Positions 23,906-36,031 of a stretch of 64,000 nt of DNA are shown piece after piece. The notes below the pieces were generated by a model, which did no database searches, was not told the origin of the DNA, and saw only the letters and a list, made by a program, of their open reading frames with translations. Both the position numbers and the translations under genes were made by a program. Numbering within the stretch: the first letter of the stretch is position 1; each line of letters begins with the position of its first letter. This stretch comes from Macrostomum hystrix (lineage: Eukaryota > Animalia > Platyhelminthes): the NCBI GenBank assembly GCA_950097015.1, contig CATNEN010000029.1, forward strand, positions 8,308,001 through 8,372,000, written 5' to 3'.

Positions 23906-24735
23906 GTATGTGTCTATCAAACGTTTTTAACTGGCTTATCAGAGGATCTCATAAGTGAACTTTACCGCTAGGGTCGTTGCTGAAACTTCGCTGCCTTTTT
24001 ACTGTACCAACTGCTTCCAACAATCGACCCCACCTCGGCTCCCATTGGTTGCATCGCTTTTTACTTAATCACAGACAGTTTTAAACAGACTTTACACCTT
24101 TTTAGAACTAAGAAGTGCATGCATGGCTTCATTTTCATTCAGTCTCGAACTTTATAAGAATTTAATAGTTTAAAGCGTTGTATTTCTTTTACTTTTTTCT
24201 ATATAATCCTAAAATTTTCTATCTTTCATGCAGAAACTTTGCATGCTTTTTCTGCTTTGAATAGCTTCTTAATGGTAAGTTTTTTATTTGTACTTTGATA
24301 CGACCTTTCTTGTTCAATACAATAGCGGTACCATCCTGTTTGCAACTCTTTATACCGCTTGTTATGCTTTAACTTTGCGCACCAATGTACTTTTAACTAT
24401 TTGACCTACCGAACTTTATATTACCGCTAGTCAGTAGTATTTAGAGAATATTAGATGCAATTTATTAAATAGAAATTATTCTTATTATGCATGGTGATTC
24501 TGCCTGCTGTGCAACCAAATATCTATTTTTGAATAACGCGTATTGTATTTTTTCCTTTCAATTTATAATAAATCAAGATAGCGTATCAAAATATTGTTAG
24601 ACTTGACTACTAACAGTAATATGCTAATGAGGACGTTAGTAACATAATAGCCGATAAAATATAGCTTTCAGCTCTGAGCACTCGGTCAACAATTATCAAA
24701 ACACAGATAGAACTGAAACTCGAAAGCCAGACAGC

Positions 24736-26909
24736 ATGAGCGCGTCCAATTCTGAATCGTCTGACTCCGCCGCTGGCGCTGCCGCCACTGGCGCATTCAG
24801 TGGCAACAGAGCCCGGGATTACAGCCACCTAACCGACTCCTGCCAGTTGCGCCTGTTTGAGCTCGGCTTAATCTCCGACGATCCGAACGCCCCTCCGCCG
24901 GCCTGGGAGACTAGAATAGCCGGCTCTCAGGCCATCATTGACGAATTGCGCAATCGAGCTTTCTGCATGTGCGCCGCATTGGGCGAGCCGGTGCCCAAGG
25001 CGCTTACTAGGCCTCCCATTGTCATGCCGCCAAATCCCACTCCGGTGAGATCCCAATACAACTATCACAAAGCAACCTCTGTGAAGTTTTTTGATGACCT
25101 TACCCACTGGTCATTCTCTGATACCAACCCATCTGATCCCCAACCCATCTGATCCCCAACCCATCTGATCCCCAACCCATCTGATCCCCAACCCATCTGA
25201 TCCCCAACCCATCTGATCCCCAACCCATCTGATCCCCAACCCATCTGATCCCCAACCCATCTGATCCCCAACCCATCTGATCCCCAACCCATCTGATCCC
25301 CAACCCATCTGATCCCCAACCCATCTGATCCCCAACCCATCTGATCCCCCAACCCATCTGATCCCCAACCCATCTGATCCCCAACCCATCTGATCCCCAA
25401 CACATCTGATCACCAACCCATCTGATCCTCAACCCATCTGATCCCCAACCCATCTGATCCCCAACCCATCTGATCCTCAACCCATCTGATCCCCAACCCA
25501 TCTGATCCCCAACCCATTTGATCCCGATTTGATTCAGTATTTTTTCATTACTAAATTGTTTGTTACCCTTTTCCCATTTCCTTTCTAAACAAAACCAGAC
25601 GGACAATGTCCGACGCTATCGCCGCTTGTTGTTTGACGCCCAGACGGCGAAGATCGAGAACATTCGCTTAGAAATGAAGTTCAGAAAGAAGCAGTACGAG
25701 GACCTCTTTGAATGCTTGTCTGAAATTCGCAGCTCAAAGCCAGCGCAACAGAGTAACGGCAGAGCTCTTGAAGAGGACGAAGAATTTCGGGTTAGATTAG
25801 AGATTGCTAACCGTGAGAGCGTTAGGTTGAATAAAGAATACGATGACCTGCTGCAACTCATCAACAAGTTTGAAGCCGCAGAAGGCAAAAAGATCTTGCA
25901 GAAGCAGGAGAAAAATCGAAGGAAAAAGGACCAGGAGAGCAAGCCGGTAGAGGACCAGCAGAACAAGCCAGTAGAGGACCAGGAGAACAAGCCGGAAGAG
26001 GACCAGGAGAACAAGCCGGTAGAGGACCAGGAGAACAAGCCGGTAGAGGACCAGCAGAACAAGCCAGTAGAGGACCAGCAGAACAAGCCAGTAGAGCACC
26101 AGGAGAACAAGCCGGTAGAGGACCAGCAGAACAAGCCAGTAGAGCACCAGGAGAACAAGCCAGAAGAGGACCAGGAGAACAAGCCAGTAGAGGACCAGGA
26201 GAACAAGCCAGTAGAGCACCAGGAGAACAAGCCAGTTGAGGACCAGGAGAACAAGCCAGTAGAGGACCAGGAGAACAAGCCAGTTGAGGACCAGGAGAAC
26301 AAGCCAGTAGAGGACCAGGAGAACAAGCCAGTTGAGGACCAGCAGAACAAGCCAGTAGAGGACCAGGAGAACAAGCCAGTTGAGGACCAGGAGAACAAGC
26401 CAGTAGAGCACCAGGAGAACAAGCCAGTTGAGGACCAGGAGAACAAGCCAGTAGAGGACCTGGAGAACAAGCCAGTAGAGCACCAGGAGAACAAGCCAGT
26501 TGAGGACCAGGAGAACAAGCCAGTAGAGCACCAGGAGAACAAGCCAGTTGAGGACCAGGAGAACAAGCCAGAAGAGGACCAGGAGAACAAGCCGGTAGAG
26601 GACCAGGAGAACAAGCCAGTAGAGGACCGGGAGAACAAGCCGGTAGAGGACCAGGAGAACAAGCCGGTAGAGGACCAGGAGAGCAATCCGGTAGAGGACC
26701 AGGAGAACAAGCCAGTTGAGGACCAGGAGAACAAGCCGGTAGAGGACCAGGAGAACAAGCCGGTAGAGGACCAGGAGAGCAATCCGGTAGAGGACCAGGA
26801 GAACAAGCCGGTAGAGGACCAGGAGAACATGCCAGTAGACTCGCTGATGAAGCCGGATTCGCTGTTGAATGCGGCTCGTCCTCTGGCTGAGTGCAAGGAA
26901 AAATGCTAA
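24736..26909 (+). CDS. Unknown coiled-coil protein (about 539 aa) with about 37 KPVEDQEN repeats; exons 24736-25044, 25599-26909
   Basis: ATG 24736, donor CCG|gtgaga, acceptor aaccag|ACG in phase 0, open frame through the repeat, unique C-terminus, AATAAA at about 27103. Confidence 0.7.
25123..25525. repeat. 16-bp intronic minisatellite (aacccatctgatcccc)n
   Basis: Directly visible. Confidence 0.95.
25930..26835 (+). repeat. 24-bp coding minisatellite (aagccRgtWgaggaccaggagaac)n
   Basis: No indels seen; common variants CCG/CCA and GTA/GTT are synonymous in the KPVEDQEN frame. Confidence 0.92.
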
Positions 26910-28054
26910 AAAGCAGCGATAGCCGCAAAAGAACAGTAAGAAAATGAAGATCGCGTGAAATTATTATAAGAAGAAAAAAATGGTTTCAATGACGAACTGA
27001 TGTTAGAATCGGGTTCCTGGTTGATTAAAAATGTGTGTTTTTTGCCTTTTTGGCTTTGTTTATTTTTGCTTCCGTTGCAAGCTTTCACACCCTGTTTTTA
27101 ATAATAAACTGTTCTTGAAAAGTGTTTTTCCACAGGTAGTTTTTTTCACCTGTCTGTCCTTGATAATTGGCAGTTTATTCAAGGAGATGCTGACATAATT
27201 GTCACTTTGTTACAATGTCTATTGACGTAGTTTTTCACGCCAGTTAAGGCTATAATCAGAGTGCTACTTTGAGTAATGTCTAGTGTTTATTACTTCCGAA
27301 TTATTACTTATTACTTGAATTTCTTCCGAGCTGTTTGTTATATTTTCTCGGTGGAATTTTCACTCGTCCGTTTACTTTTTTACGAGCATATTTTGTTGGC
27401 ATTTACGAGCTAATTGGTCCACTCGAGCTAGATCTTTGCAGTTGATTTGTTCCTTTTTTCTTGATGGAAATTGGCATTACCTAGTTTATTTGCAGCTTAA
27501 AACTTTTTTTCTGTGGCAGAACAATACAACTCAATATGGTTGCTCATAGCTCAAAATATAAAAGAGTTTTTTTATCTTTTCGTTTTTTTTCTGGATTAAA
27601 CGTGCTGGTCGATTTAGTTTGGCTATTTTTTGTTTATTTTATGCATTTTCGATGGATGCTAGTACTTTTACCGTTCAGATGTTTCGCCCAACAAAAGAGC
27701 CATTGAGAAATGCGCTCGTAATTAAAAGAGTTGATGGTTAATGCTGCCACATATCTCACTCTCCGACCAGATTGCATTGAGGAGTAGAGTGACACTGACT
27801 GACCCGCCGCCCCATCACAATGGCATAGCACTAAATATGAACACAGGGTACAGTTATGCGCATGTGTGCTTGGAGCTCAGACAGAAATCTTTATAATTTA
27901 TTTTTTAATTAACAAAGTACGACGCTGCGGCCACTGGCGTACAACGAATTGAATAGGAGGGAGGGGGGCAAAGAGGGTTGAGCGTAGCTCAAAGAAGAAG
28001 AGAATAGAAAAATCTGCTCAATGTAGAGAATTGTTAGGCACAAGCAATAATTTT

Positions 28055-28068
28055 CTTGCCTTGGCAAC
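28055..28068. promoter_or_regulatory. Candidate RFX X-box CTTGCCTTGGCAAC, about 126 bp upstream of the KY/hillarin-like ATG
   Basis: Close match to GTTGCCATGGCAAC with a perfect GGCAAC half-site. Confidence 0.35.
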
Positions 28069-28193
28069 AACTGAGCAGCAGCTTCATGGGCCGGCTGTAC
28101 ATGTGCCCCAAGCAATATATTAGCTTTTTACTCGCATGATAATTCAGATTTTTAATTCTTTACGAATTTCTTCAACCTGAAAAGCGTTGTTGA

Positions 28194-31100
28194 ATGGGCT
28201 GCAATTCTAGTCGACCCGAAGACACTGGGGGCGGTGTGCGTATTCTAGACAGGGACACTGTCGCTGTTGAAGCGTTCGGGAATTACGGAGGAGATGGCAG
28301 CAGCAACGATGAGTTGTGAGTGCTTACTTGTCCTTGGTCAATTTATCACAAGTGAAGTGAATGAACAAAGGTTTCCTGTTCCTAATCAGGGAAACCTCAG
28401 TCAGAACAGTAGCGATTGGCTTAGCGTCGAACAGTGACGATTGGTTTAGCGTTGAACGGTGACGATTGGTTTAGCGTCGAACAGTGACGATTGGTTTAGC
28501 GTCGAACGGTGACGATTGGTTTAGCGTCGAACAGTGACGATTGGTTTAGCGTCGAACGGTGACGTTTGGTTTAGCGTCGAACAGTGACGATTGGTTTAGC
28601 GTCGAACAGTGACGATTGGTTTAGCGTCGAACAGTGACGATTGGTTTAGCGTCGAACAGTGATGCAGACACAAACACAGACGATTGGTTGACGTCCTCTA
28701 AGAGTAAAATTTGCTATTTGGTTCTGTAGTCAAGAAAGGATTTGTGTAATTTCAAGTGATTAGGTAGAGGGTGATTTGTGAGTGACATCTCTGATCAAGG
28801 CAGTGGCTTAAAGCGTGGCATTCCTCCCTTGGCTCAGCCTCTCCGGCCCCGAGGACTACGAGTTCGGCGAGGGCGAGATTTCACTGAGTCGCTTCGTCCT
28901 GTCACCCGACCAAGAAGACTACGTGACGCCGCAGTATCTTCAATCAATGCAGCGAGTCTACCAGGCAGAAGCGGCCAAGCGCGGCGTCGGCATCGACGAG
29001 ATCGATGAGGTGGAGCGACGTCCGCCCGTCACCGACAAAGCGACTCTGGTGTCGCCGGAACTTCTGGCACGAGCGGACGCCATCGCCGACGCTACGCCGC
29101 TGGAGGTGGCCGGCGCCGGATTCGACGCCCTAGTCGGACACCTGTGCGATCAGGTGCAAATTTGACTGTAAATCCTAATTTCCACGCATACGTACCCGTG
29201 GCATTTCTAAGCTTCATAAGGTAATCCACAACTCAGGTGTCAACCGAGCTGGAGGCCGTGCGAGTTCTGTTCCGCTGGATGGCGGTGACAGCCGGAAATC
29301 ATCGGGTGGACGCGCTGTTGGAGGGGGCTGAGACCACCCAGGAAGATCCGTTGCACTACATTCGCTGCATCCGAGAGGGCCGTGGCATCAACTACGTGCT
29401 GCTGCTGCACCGGCTGCTGCGGCACGCCGGCATCGCGGCTGAGGTCCGATTCTGCTGAGTTTGAGATAAATTACAAGTAACATCATCAGTCCTCTTAGAA
29501 CACTCAGAGTACTATGAGTCCTCTGAGTACGCTCAGTGCTTTGAGCTCACCAAGTCCTTTTAACACTCCCAGACCTCTGAAAACCATCATACCTCTGAGC
29601 ACACTCAGTACTTAAAGCTCACTCAGATCCCTTAAAACCGTCAGTTTTCTGTGCCCTCGTAGCATCCCAGTACGCTGAGCACTCTCTAATATATGTTTTA
29701 GTGGTTTGTAAATTTTCAAAGCCTGCCCCTGCTCAGGTAGTCGGAGGCGTTACCAAAGGTGCGCAGTATCGAATCGGCCATCACGTCAACCAGGAGAATG
29801 CTTCCCTGTGGCTGGCCGTGCTAGTCGAAGACCAGTGGCGCCTCATTGATCCAATCTGGGCCTGCCAGGTGTTGCAGGCGAGTAAATTTTATTCGCCCAT
29901 AGGTTTCTAATTATCCTGACTGTCAAATATAGAAAACACTCTCCGTCGAAACACATGCAGGGCTACGACAGTGGCGAGTGGAGCCGCCTCGATGAAAACG
30001 CCTCCGCAGCCGCAGCCGCCGCTGCAGTCAGCGGTCAGCTTGGCTACGCCATCAACGAGTTCTACTTCCTGACTGATCCGCACTACGCTGTGCTGGAGCA
30101 CTTCCCCTACGATCCGCGCTGGCAGCTGCTGCCCCGCCCAGTCAGTCTGGCCGAGTTCGAGGAGATGCCGCAGTGCGAGCCGGAGGAGATGGAACGCCTC
30201 GGCCTGGAAATTGTCAGCCATCCGAAGTGCGTCTTTGAGATTCGCGACAGCGGCCTGTCGCAGCAGGAGCGCCGGCTCGGCCTGCACATCAAGAAGGGCC
30301 AGGACAACACGCTGGAGTTCCAGGAGGAACCACGCGAGGCCCACGCCATCTATTCTGCCAGGCTGTACATCCATTCGTCCGCTCTGAGCTCGGAGGCCAC
30401 CGGCAGCGAGATTCAGTACAAGTCGCGCAAATGGCAGCTGGCTCACTTCTGCATCACCGGGCACAGCGTCAAGAAGCGGGAGCTCTACATCACCGTCATA
30501 CCGCCTGTGGCCGGCAAGTTCCTATTGAAACTGTTTGGCGCCAGGTGCGCCGACAGCTGCCTGCGTCATGTTGTCTCCTACGTGTTCCACTGCCGCCGAC
30601 CGGCCGACGTGGCTCCCGTGCCGACTGGCAACCTGACCGAGTGGGGCCCCGGAGGCCAGACAGCGGAGGCCGGGCTGGACCCGCTGAGCCATCCGGACCC
30701 CATGGTGGAGACGGTGCGAGGCGAGGCCAGACTGCGCTTTGCCGCCCAGAATTCTCACCTGCGCTACTCAGTGAGCGAGCTTTGAACTGTTTCTTGGCGG
30801 GGGCTGCGTGTAACGACCCCTGAGCATACACAATACACATATACTGTACGCAGGCACACGCTCACACAGGTGTGTACATCTGCACTGACTTGAGGTTGGC
30901 CCTCGTGGGCGTAAATTGCACGACAAGCCTCAAAGCCTTCTCTCCTCGGCTGTGCCCCAAATAAATGTGGCTTCGCCGCGGAATCGAGCTCAGGGACATC
31001 GTTGCGAGAGGCAGCCTAGTAGTTAGAGTTCGGACTTTCTGAACGGTCGGGGGTTCGAATCTCAGCTCAATGGCATCAATTTTTGTCCTTAAAAGTACTT

Positions 31101-34100
31101 CATTCCCAAGTGCTTCAGTTCATCCAGCTTTAAAATACGACTGGGTTAGAAATTTGGGTGGGTCAGAGACATCAAAAGTTTTTCTTAAAAGTACACTGAC
31201 CTACAAGTGACTTTCCTTGAGTCATTCCCCACAATCGTTGACCCTACAAAAGATTGAGCTGCGTAGCACAGACGCCAGCATCCGTTTCCTGGAGCTGTAC
31301 GCCATCCACTGGATGGAGGCCGGCGAGGCCGTATTCCACATCCGGGCACCGAAGGAGGGCATCTACGCTGCCTGCATCTCCTGCCAGCTGCCAGACGGTC
31401 GCATTGTGCCAGTCTGCGACTACCTCATCGACAGCCAGGCGCCCTGCCCGGATCCTGACTTCCTCTATCCGCGGTTGAAGGAGCCGCTTGGCACTGAGCA
31501 GGCCGCCTGTCGGAGTCTGGACACGGAGCCGCTGGCGCCGCATCAGTTCGGCTACCTGGAGTGCACCACCCGCACCCTGCGCATCAGCTGGCAAATGCGA
31601 CGACCGCTGCTGTACTGCGCTGTGCTGCGCCTGCAGGATCATCGGGGACATCACGACTACACCGACCTGACGCTCATTGAGACGAGCGCGGCCGAGGCGC
31701 GGGCCAGCGTCACCGTCAAGTTTCCCCAGTTAGGATATTATCACCTGGCTATCGGGGCTGGGGCTGACATCGGCTCTGCAGCTGGCGGAGACAGCTCCAG
31801 GTATGGCAATCAACTATACAATCCATCCATCCATTCATCCATCCATCCATCCATCCATCCATCCATCCATCCATCCATCCATCCATTCATCATTCCATCC
31901 ATCCATCCATCCATCCATCCATCCATCCATCCATTCATCATTCCATCCATCCATCAATCCATCAATCCATCAATCTATCAATCCATCATTCCATCCATCA
32001 ATGCATCGGTCCTTTACTCCATTCAGTCCATCACTCTATTAATACATTTTTTTCAATCTATCCATCAATCAATTCATCAATCCATCAATCTCGAAAAATG
32101 CACCAATTATTCCTAAGACTTTCTGTGTCCTTCGCCAGGGAGGTTCGCCACCTGTGCAATTACGTCATCAAGTTCACCGGTGAGCCGAACATCGACGCGA
32201 CACCGTTTCCAAAGACGTCGCCGCTGTGGCAGCGCGGCTTCCGCCTGATGTCTCCAGATAGCAGCCAGCTGGAGGCCAATCGATACGTGCAGATTGTCGT
32301 CAAGGCCGACCGGGTTCGCTTCGGCCAACTCCAGCTGAGGGTCGAGAAGCCGCAGCTGTTCATCTTCTATCTGCAGCGCGACGCTGACAATCCGGCCTAC
32401 TGGAAGTCCACGATCGACGCTGGGCCGCCGGGTGGAGTCTGGACCCTTTCAGCACTCCCTGACCCGGAAGATGTGGCTGGCTCCGTGGCCGGCCAGCTGA
32501 TGCAGTTTCAGGTGAGCCCATGTTCTGCCTTCCTTCCGCCATTTCCGCCTTCCTTCTACCATTTCCGCCTTCCTTCTACCATTTCCGCTTTCCTTCTACC
32601 ATTTCCGCCTTCCTTCTACCATTTCCGCTTTCCTTCTACCATTTCCGGCTTCCTTCTACTATTTCCGCTTTCCTTCTACCATTTCCGCCTTCCTTCTACC
32701 ATTTCTGCCTTCCTTCTACCATTTCCGCCTTCCTTCTACCATTTCCGCCTTCCTTCTACCATTTCCGCCTTCCTTCTACCATTTCCGCCTTCCTTCTATC
32801 ATTTCCGCCTTCCTTCTACCATTTCCGCCTTTCGCTTTCGCTAGTCAAACGCCATTTTCATACTTCATCGCTTTGGGTTCTTGCGTTCTTCCTTTATTTC
32901 GTTCCATCCGTTCTTCGCAACACAGTCAACTGAAACTCAATCTTTTCAGGTCCTGGACTCCAAAGCCGAAGCTGAGGCCCAGAAGCGGCGTCGCGAATGG
33001 CACGAGCTGCTGGAGCAGTGCCGCAGGCAGAACGCGGCCTACGAGGAGCGCCTGCTCAAACTTGAGCAGATGGTGCGCGACCAGGCTCGAACCCTGGACG
33101 AGGTGCTGGCCGAGGAGAGAATTCGCATCCTGCGCGAGGCCCACGGCGGCGACGAAGACGCGCAGGACCTGGACGAGGCCACCCTGGCCGACATGGAGGA
33201 GCAGGTCTGTAGCAAAGCAAATAATTTGCCATATGGGGAGAGGCTGTAGGTTGCAGTCTGGGGTTACAATTTGTTACAATCTGATGATTGGGATTTTTTT
33301 CTAATTTTAAACTTGCTAGTAAATACATTCGTTTTTCCTGCAATAATCCGTCTAAAGTAAATTCTTTTCTATCCCAACTGACCATTCCTACCTGTCCCTA
33401 AGATTAATCGTCCTACCCAAGATGAGCATTTTTTCCTACCCCTAAAAGTACACTCTTTCCCACCCCTAAAAGTACACTCTTTCCTAACCCCAAAAGCACA
33501 TTATTTCCTACCCGCAAAAGTACAAAAGTACATTATTTCCTACTAAATTTCAACACTTTCCCACCCAAATACGTTTGCTTCTTAATAGATAAAGTGAACC
33601 TTCTTTACTACCCTAAATGTACTTTGCGTGAACCGCAGGCGAAGATCCAGCTAGCCAAGGCTGGCAGCTCAACAGATCCGGAGGAGCGCGCCAAGCGCGA
33701 ACAGCTGGCTCGAGACGCCGCAGCCAGGGTGGCAAAGTCGCGCTTTCGCGGCGCCATTCGGCGCGAAGATCTGGACGGCATCCAGGCGGGCCTAGTCAGG
33801 CTGCGAGAGCTCGGCATCGAGGACGAGAAGCTGGCCCAGCTGGCCGACAGGACGTTGCGAATCACTGGCATCAAGAAAGGCATGGGAATCAGTCTTTATT
33901 CTTTGATTATTGAGAGATCTGATAAACCTGCAAAAACAGAATCGCCATTCAGAGTCACGTGACTTGAGATCAAATTAAAAAATTCCTTTGTGACCCTGTG
34001 TCATATAAGAGCTATTCATATATGAATCACATCCTTAATGACCTATATGAACAATATATCCTAAAAGAACCGATTCCTAAATGACCTATTTCCTTTATGA

Positions 34101-35325
34101 CCCATTTCCTCTATGTTCCATTTTCTAAATGACCCATTTCCTATATGACCTATTTCCTTTATGACCAATTTCCTACATGACCCATTTCCCATATGACTCA
34201 CCTACCGTGACCATCCGCCAGACTTGAACTCAGCCACTGAGCAGTCGCTGCGCCAGCGCGTGGCCGGTCCACTGCGCACGGCCCTGGACCGAGCTCGCCA
34301 GTCCGGCCAGCTGAAGGAGTCGCATCCGCTGCTGCGGGAGGCCGCCGCGGCGCTGCTTCGCGTTGAACGAATGGAGCGGCTCTACAAGCGGGTGCTGAAC
34401 CTGGACAGCAAGGCGGTGGCGGAGCTGCGTGCCTACGCGAACCCCAAGCAGGCCGTGGTGGACACTGTCCGAGCCACCCTACTGCTGCTGGGCGAATACG
34501 AGAAGAGGACCAATGTAATTATAACAGGGATGTAATTAAATGGGATAATTGGATGCAGCGTCTCTCCCCAGTCCATGGACTGAACATTCGTACGCGCAAT
34601 AGCTCCAGCATTATAATTATATTCCATTATAATGTTAGTTGCTGAACCTGCGCTCCACAGAGCTGGCAGAAATGCCTGCGCTATCTGAACCCCACTGGCA
34701 AGACTAGCATGCAGCAGCGCATCGCCCAGTTCAACCCAGTCTCGGATCTGCACCCGAGCATCGCTGCCAGGGCCCAGGTAATTCTGGCCCCCTACCGCGA
34801 GGAGGAGGTCATCCAAATCAGCGCCGCTGCTGCCGCTTTCTTCTCCTGGGTGAGGGATGGAATGGGCTACTTCAACTCTTGATACTTTTACTGTACTGCT
34901 TGCAGTATAAGTAAAAAATATTTCGAAAAATATTAGAAAGCGAGTCACTTTAATTCAAAATACAGAAAACTATTCGTAACAGAATTGTCAGCCACATTTC
35001 GACTACACTACTTTAAGTAGAAATATAAGTAAAACTAATTATAAGTTTTAATGGCAGTGGCATACGAACTGCACTACTCGAAGTAGAAATATAAGATAAA
35101 CAAATTCTAAATTTAAATGGTAGTGCCATACAACCATTCGAATTCGAATTGAATTGGCATTCGAATTGGCAGAGTCTCGGCACGGTGGCCGAAGCGGAAG
35201 AGAGCAGCAACCCGCGCGACTTCCAGCCGGCTAATGTCGAGCGACAGAGGCGCCTGCTGGGCGTATCCAAAGAGGAGCACAGCCGGCTGCTCTGGGAGGG
35301 CAGCGGGGGCGGCGGTGTGAAATGA
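28194..35325 (+). CDS. KY/hillarin/LTD-1-type transglutaminase-like protein, about 1215 aa; exons 28194-28315, 28838-29153, 29237-29443, 29737-29877, 29961-30770, 31253-31800, 32139-32511, 32950-33204, 33639-33879, 34222-34514, 34661-34849, 35173-35325
   Basis: Family motifs [36 protein letters not shown]...[21 protein letters not shown]. All 11 junctions are phase-consistent, two using predicted GC donors. MGCNSS start, TGA at 35323, AATAAA at about 35529. Confidence 0.85.
28405..28662. repeat. 25-bp intronic minisatellite (gcgtcgaacRgtgacgattggttta)n
   Basis: Directly visible, about 10 units. Confidence 0.93.
30818..31014 (-). mobile_element. SINE, same family as 20020-20324, head truncated
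   Basis: Shares tactgtacgcaggcacacgctcacacaggtgtgtacatctgc, ggcgtaaattgca and gccccaaataaatgtggc with the ADK-intron copy. Confidence 0.8.
31010..31150 (+). mobile_element. Second tRNA-derived SINE fragment, head-to-head with the previous one
   Basis: A-box-like gcctagtagttagag, B box GGTTCGAATC at about 31052, followed by a cagttcatccagct...aaat SINE core-like motif. Confidence 0.55.
31820..32090. repeat. (TCCA)n microsatellite, intron 6
   Basis: Directly visible. Confidence 0.95.
32525..32832. repeat. 20-bp minisatellite (ccttccttctaccatttccg)n, intron 7
   Basis: Directly visible; starts about 13 nt after the donor. Confidence 0.95.
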
Positions 35326-36031
35326 TGTGTCCAAACTTCAAGCTGATGTAGTTTTTGAATAGTTAAACACTTCAGATTTGAATGCCCGTCTGCAATTCTT
35401 AATAACTGCTTCAATAGCTTTAATAACTTAATCGATTGCAAATATTTTTTCGTTTTGAAATGGCCACCTGTAATGTAAGCCAGTAGAACAGTAATATATA
35501 CAATACACAAAGTCGTACTATAACAAAAATAAAGTATTTAGTTTTTTCCTGTATTTGTTTCTTTTGCATTCTGTTGCACTGCAATACAGATGGCTGTTTT
35601 GTTTGCTGGGGTTATTTGGGGATAGTAGGAAGCGAATGGGACAAGAGTTGGCGAGCGGACTTTTATAACTATAAATTGCATATGCATGACATCTCTGTGT
35701 AACGAACGACCTCAAAAAGTTTTACAAGTACAGAAAGTCTTGTCAGAAAGTCAGAAAATCTGACGCCTATCTGACTGCGTGTTCCCTGGGTGAGGCGCGA
35801 GGGCCCGGCCAGCACCAGCAGTTGCAGACTAAACTAAAAAATAGTTTGTCAAACAAAATGCAAAGCAAAGCAACTGTTGAAAAGGCACTAAAATAAAATG
35901 ACGAGGCACAGAAAAAATGAAACTATTAATTTCTTCGAATGCTGTCTTTTTCGTCAAGCGCCCTGCTTTGAGCTGCTGAACGCGAATCCTGTTCGTTAAA
36001 AGCAAAAAAATATTAGCGCAAAAGGGGAGGA

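Noticed and set aside
20936-23958. 416-aa TGGYGRCV and 334-aa QVSNRWLLA ORFs
   Set aside because: Translations of minisatellites whose period is a multiple of 3. One is antisense within the ADK intron, the other lies past the polyA signal.
25616-26928. Minus-strand ORFs over the KPVEDQEN repeat
   Set aside because: Antisense shadows; synonymous-site variation supports the plus frame.
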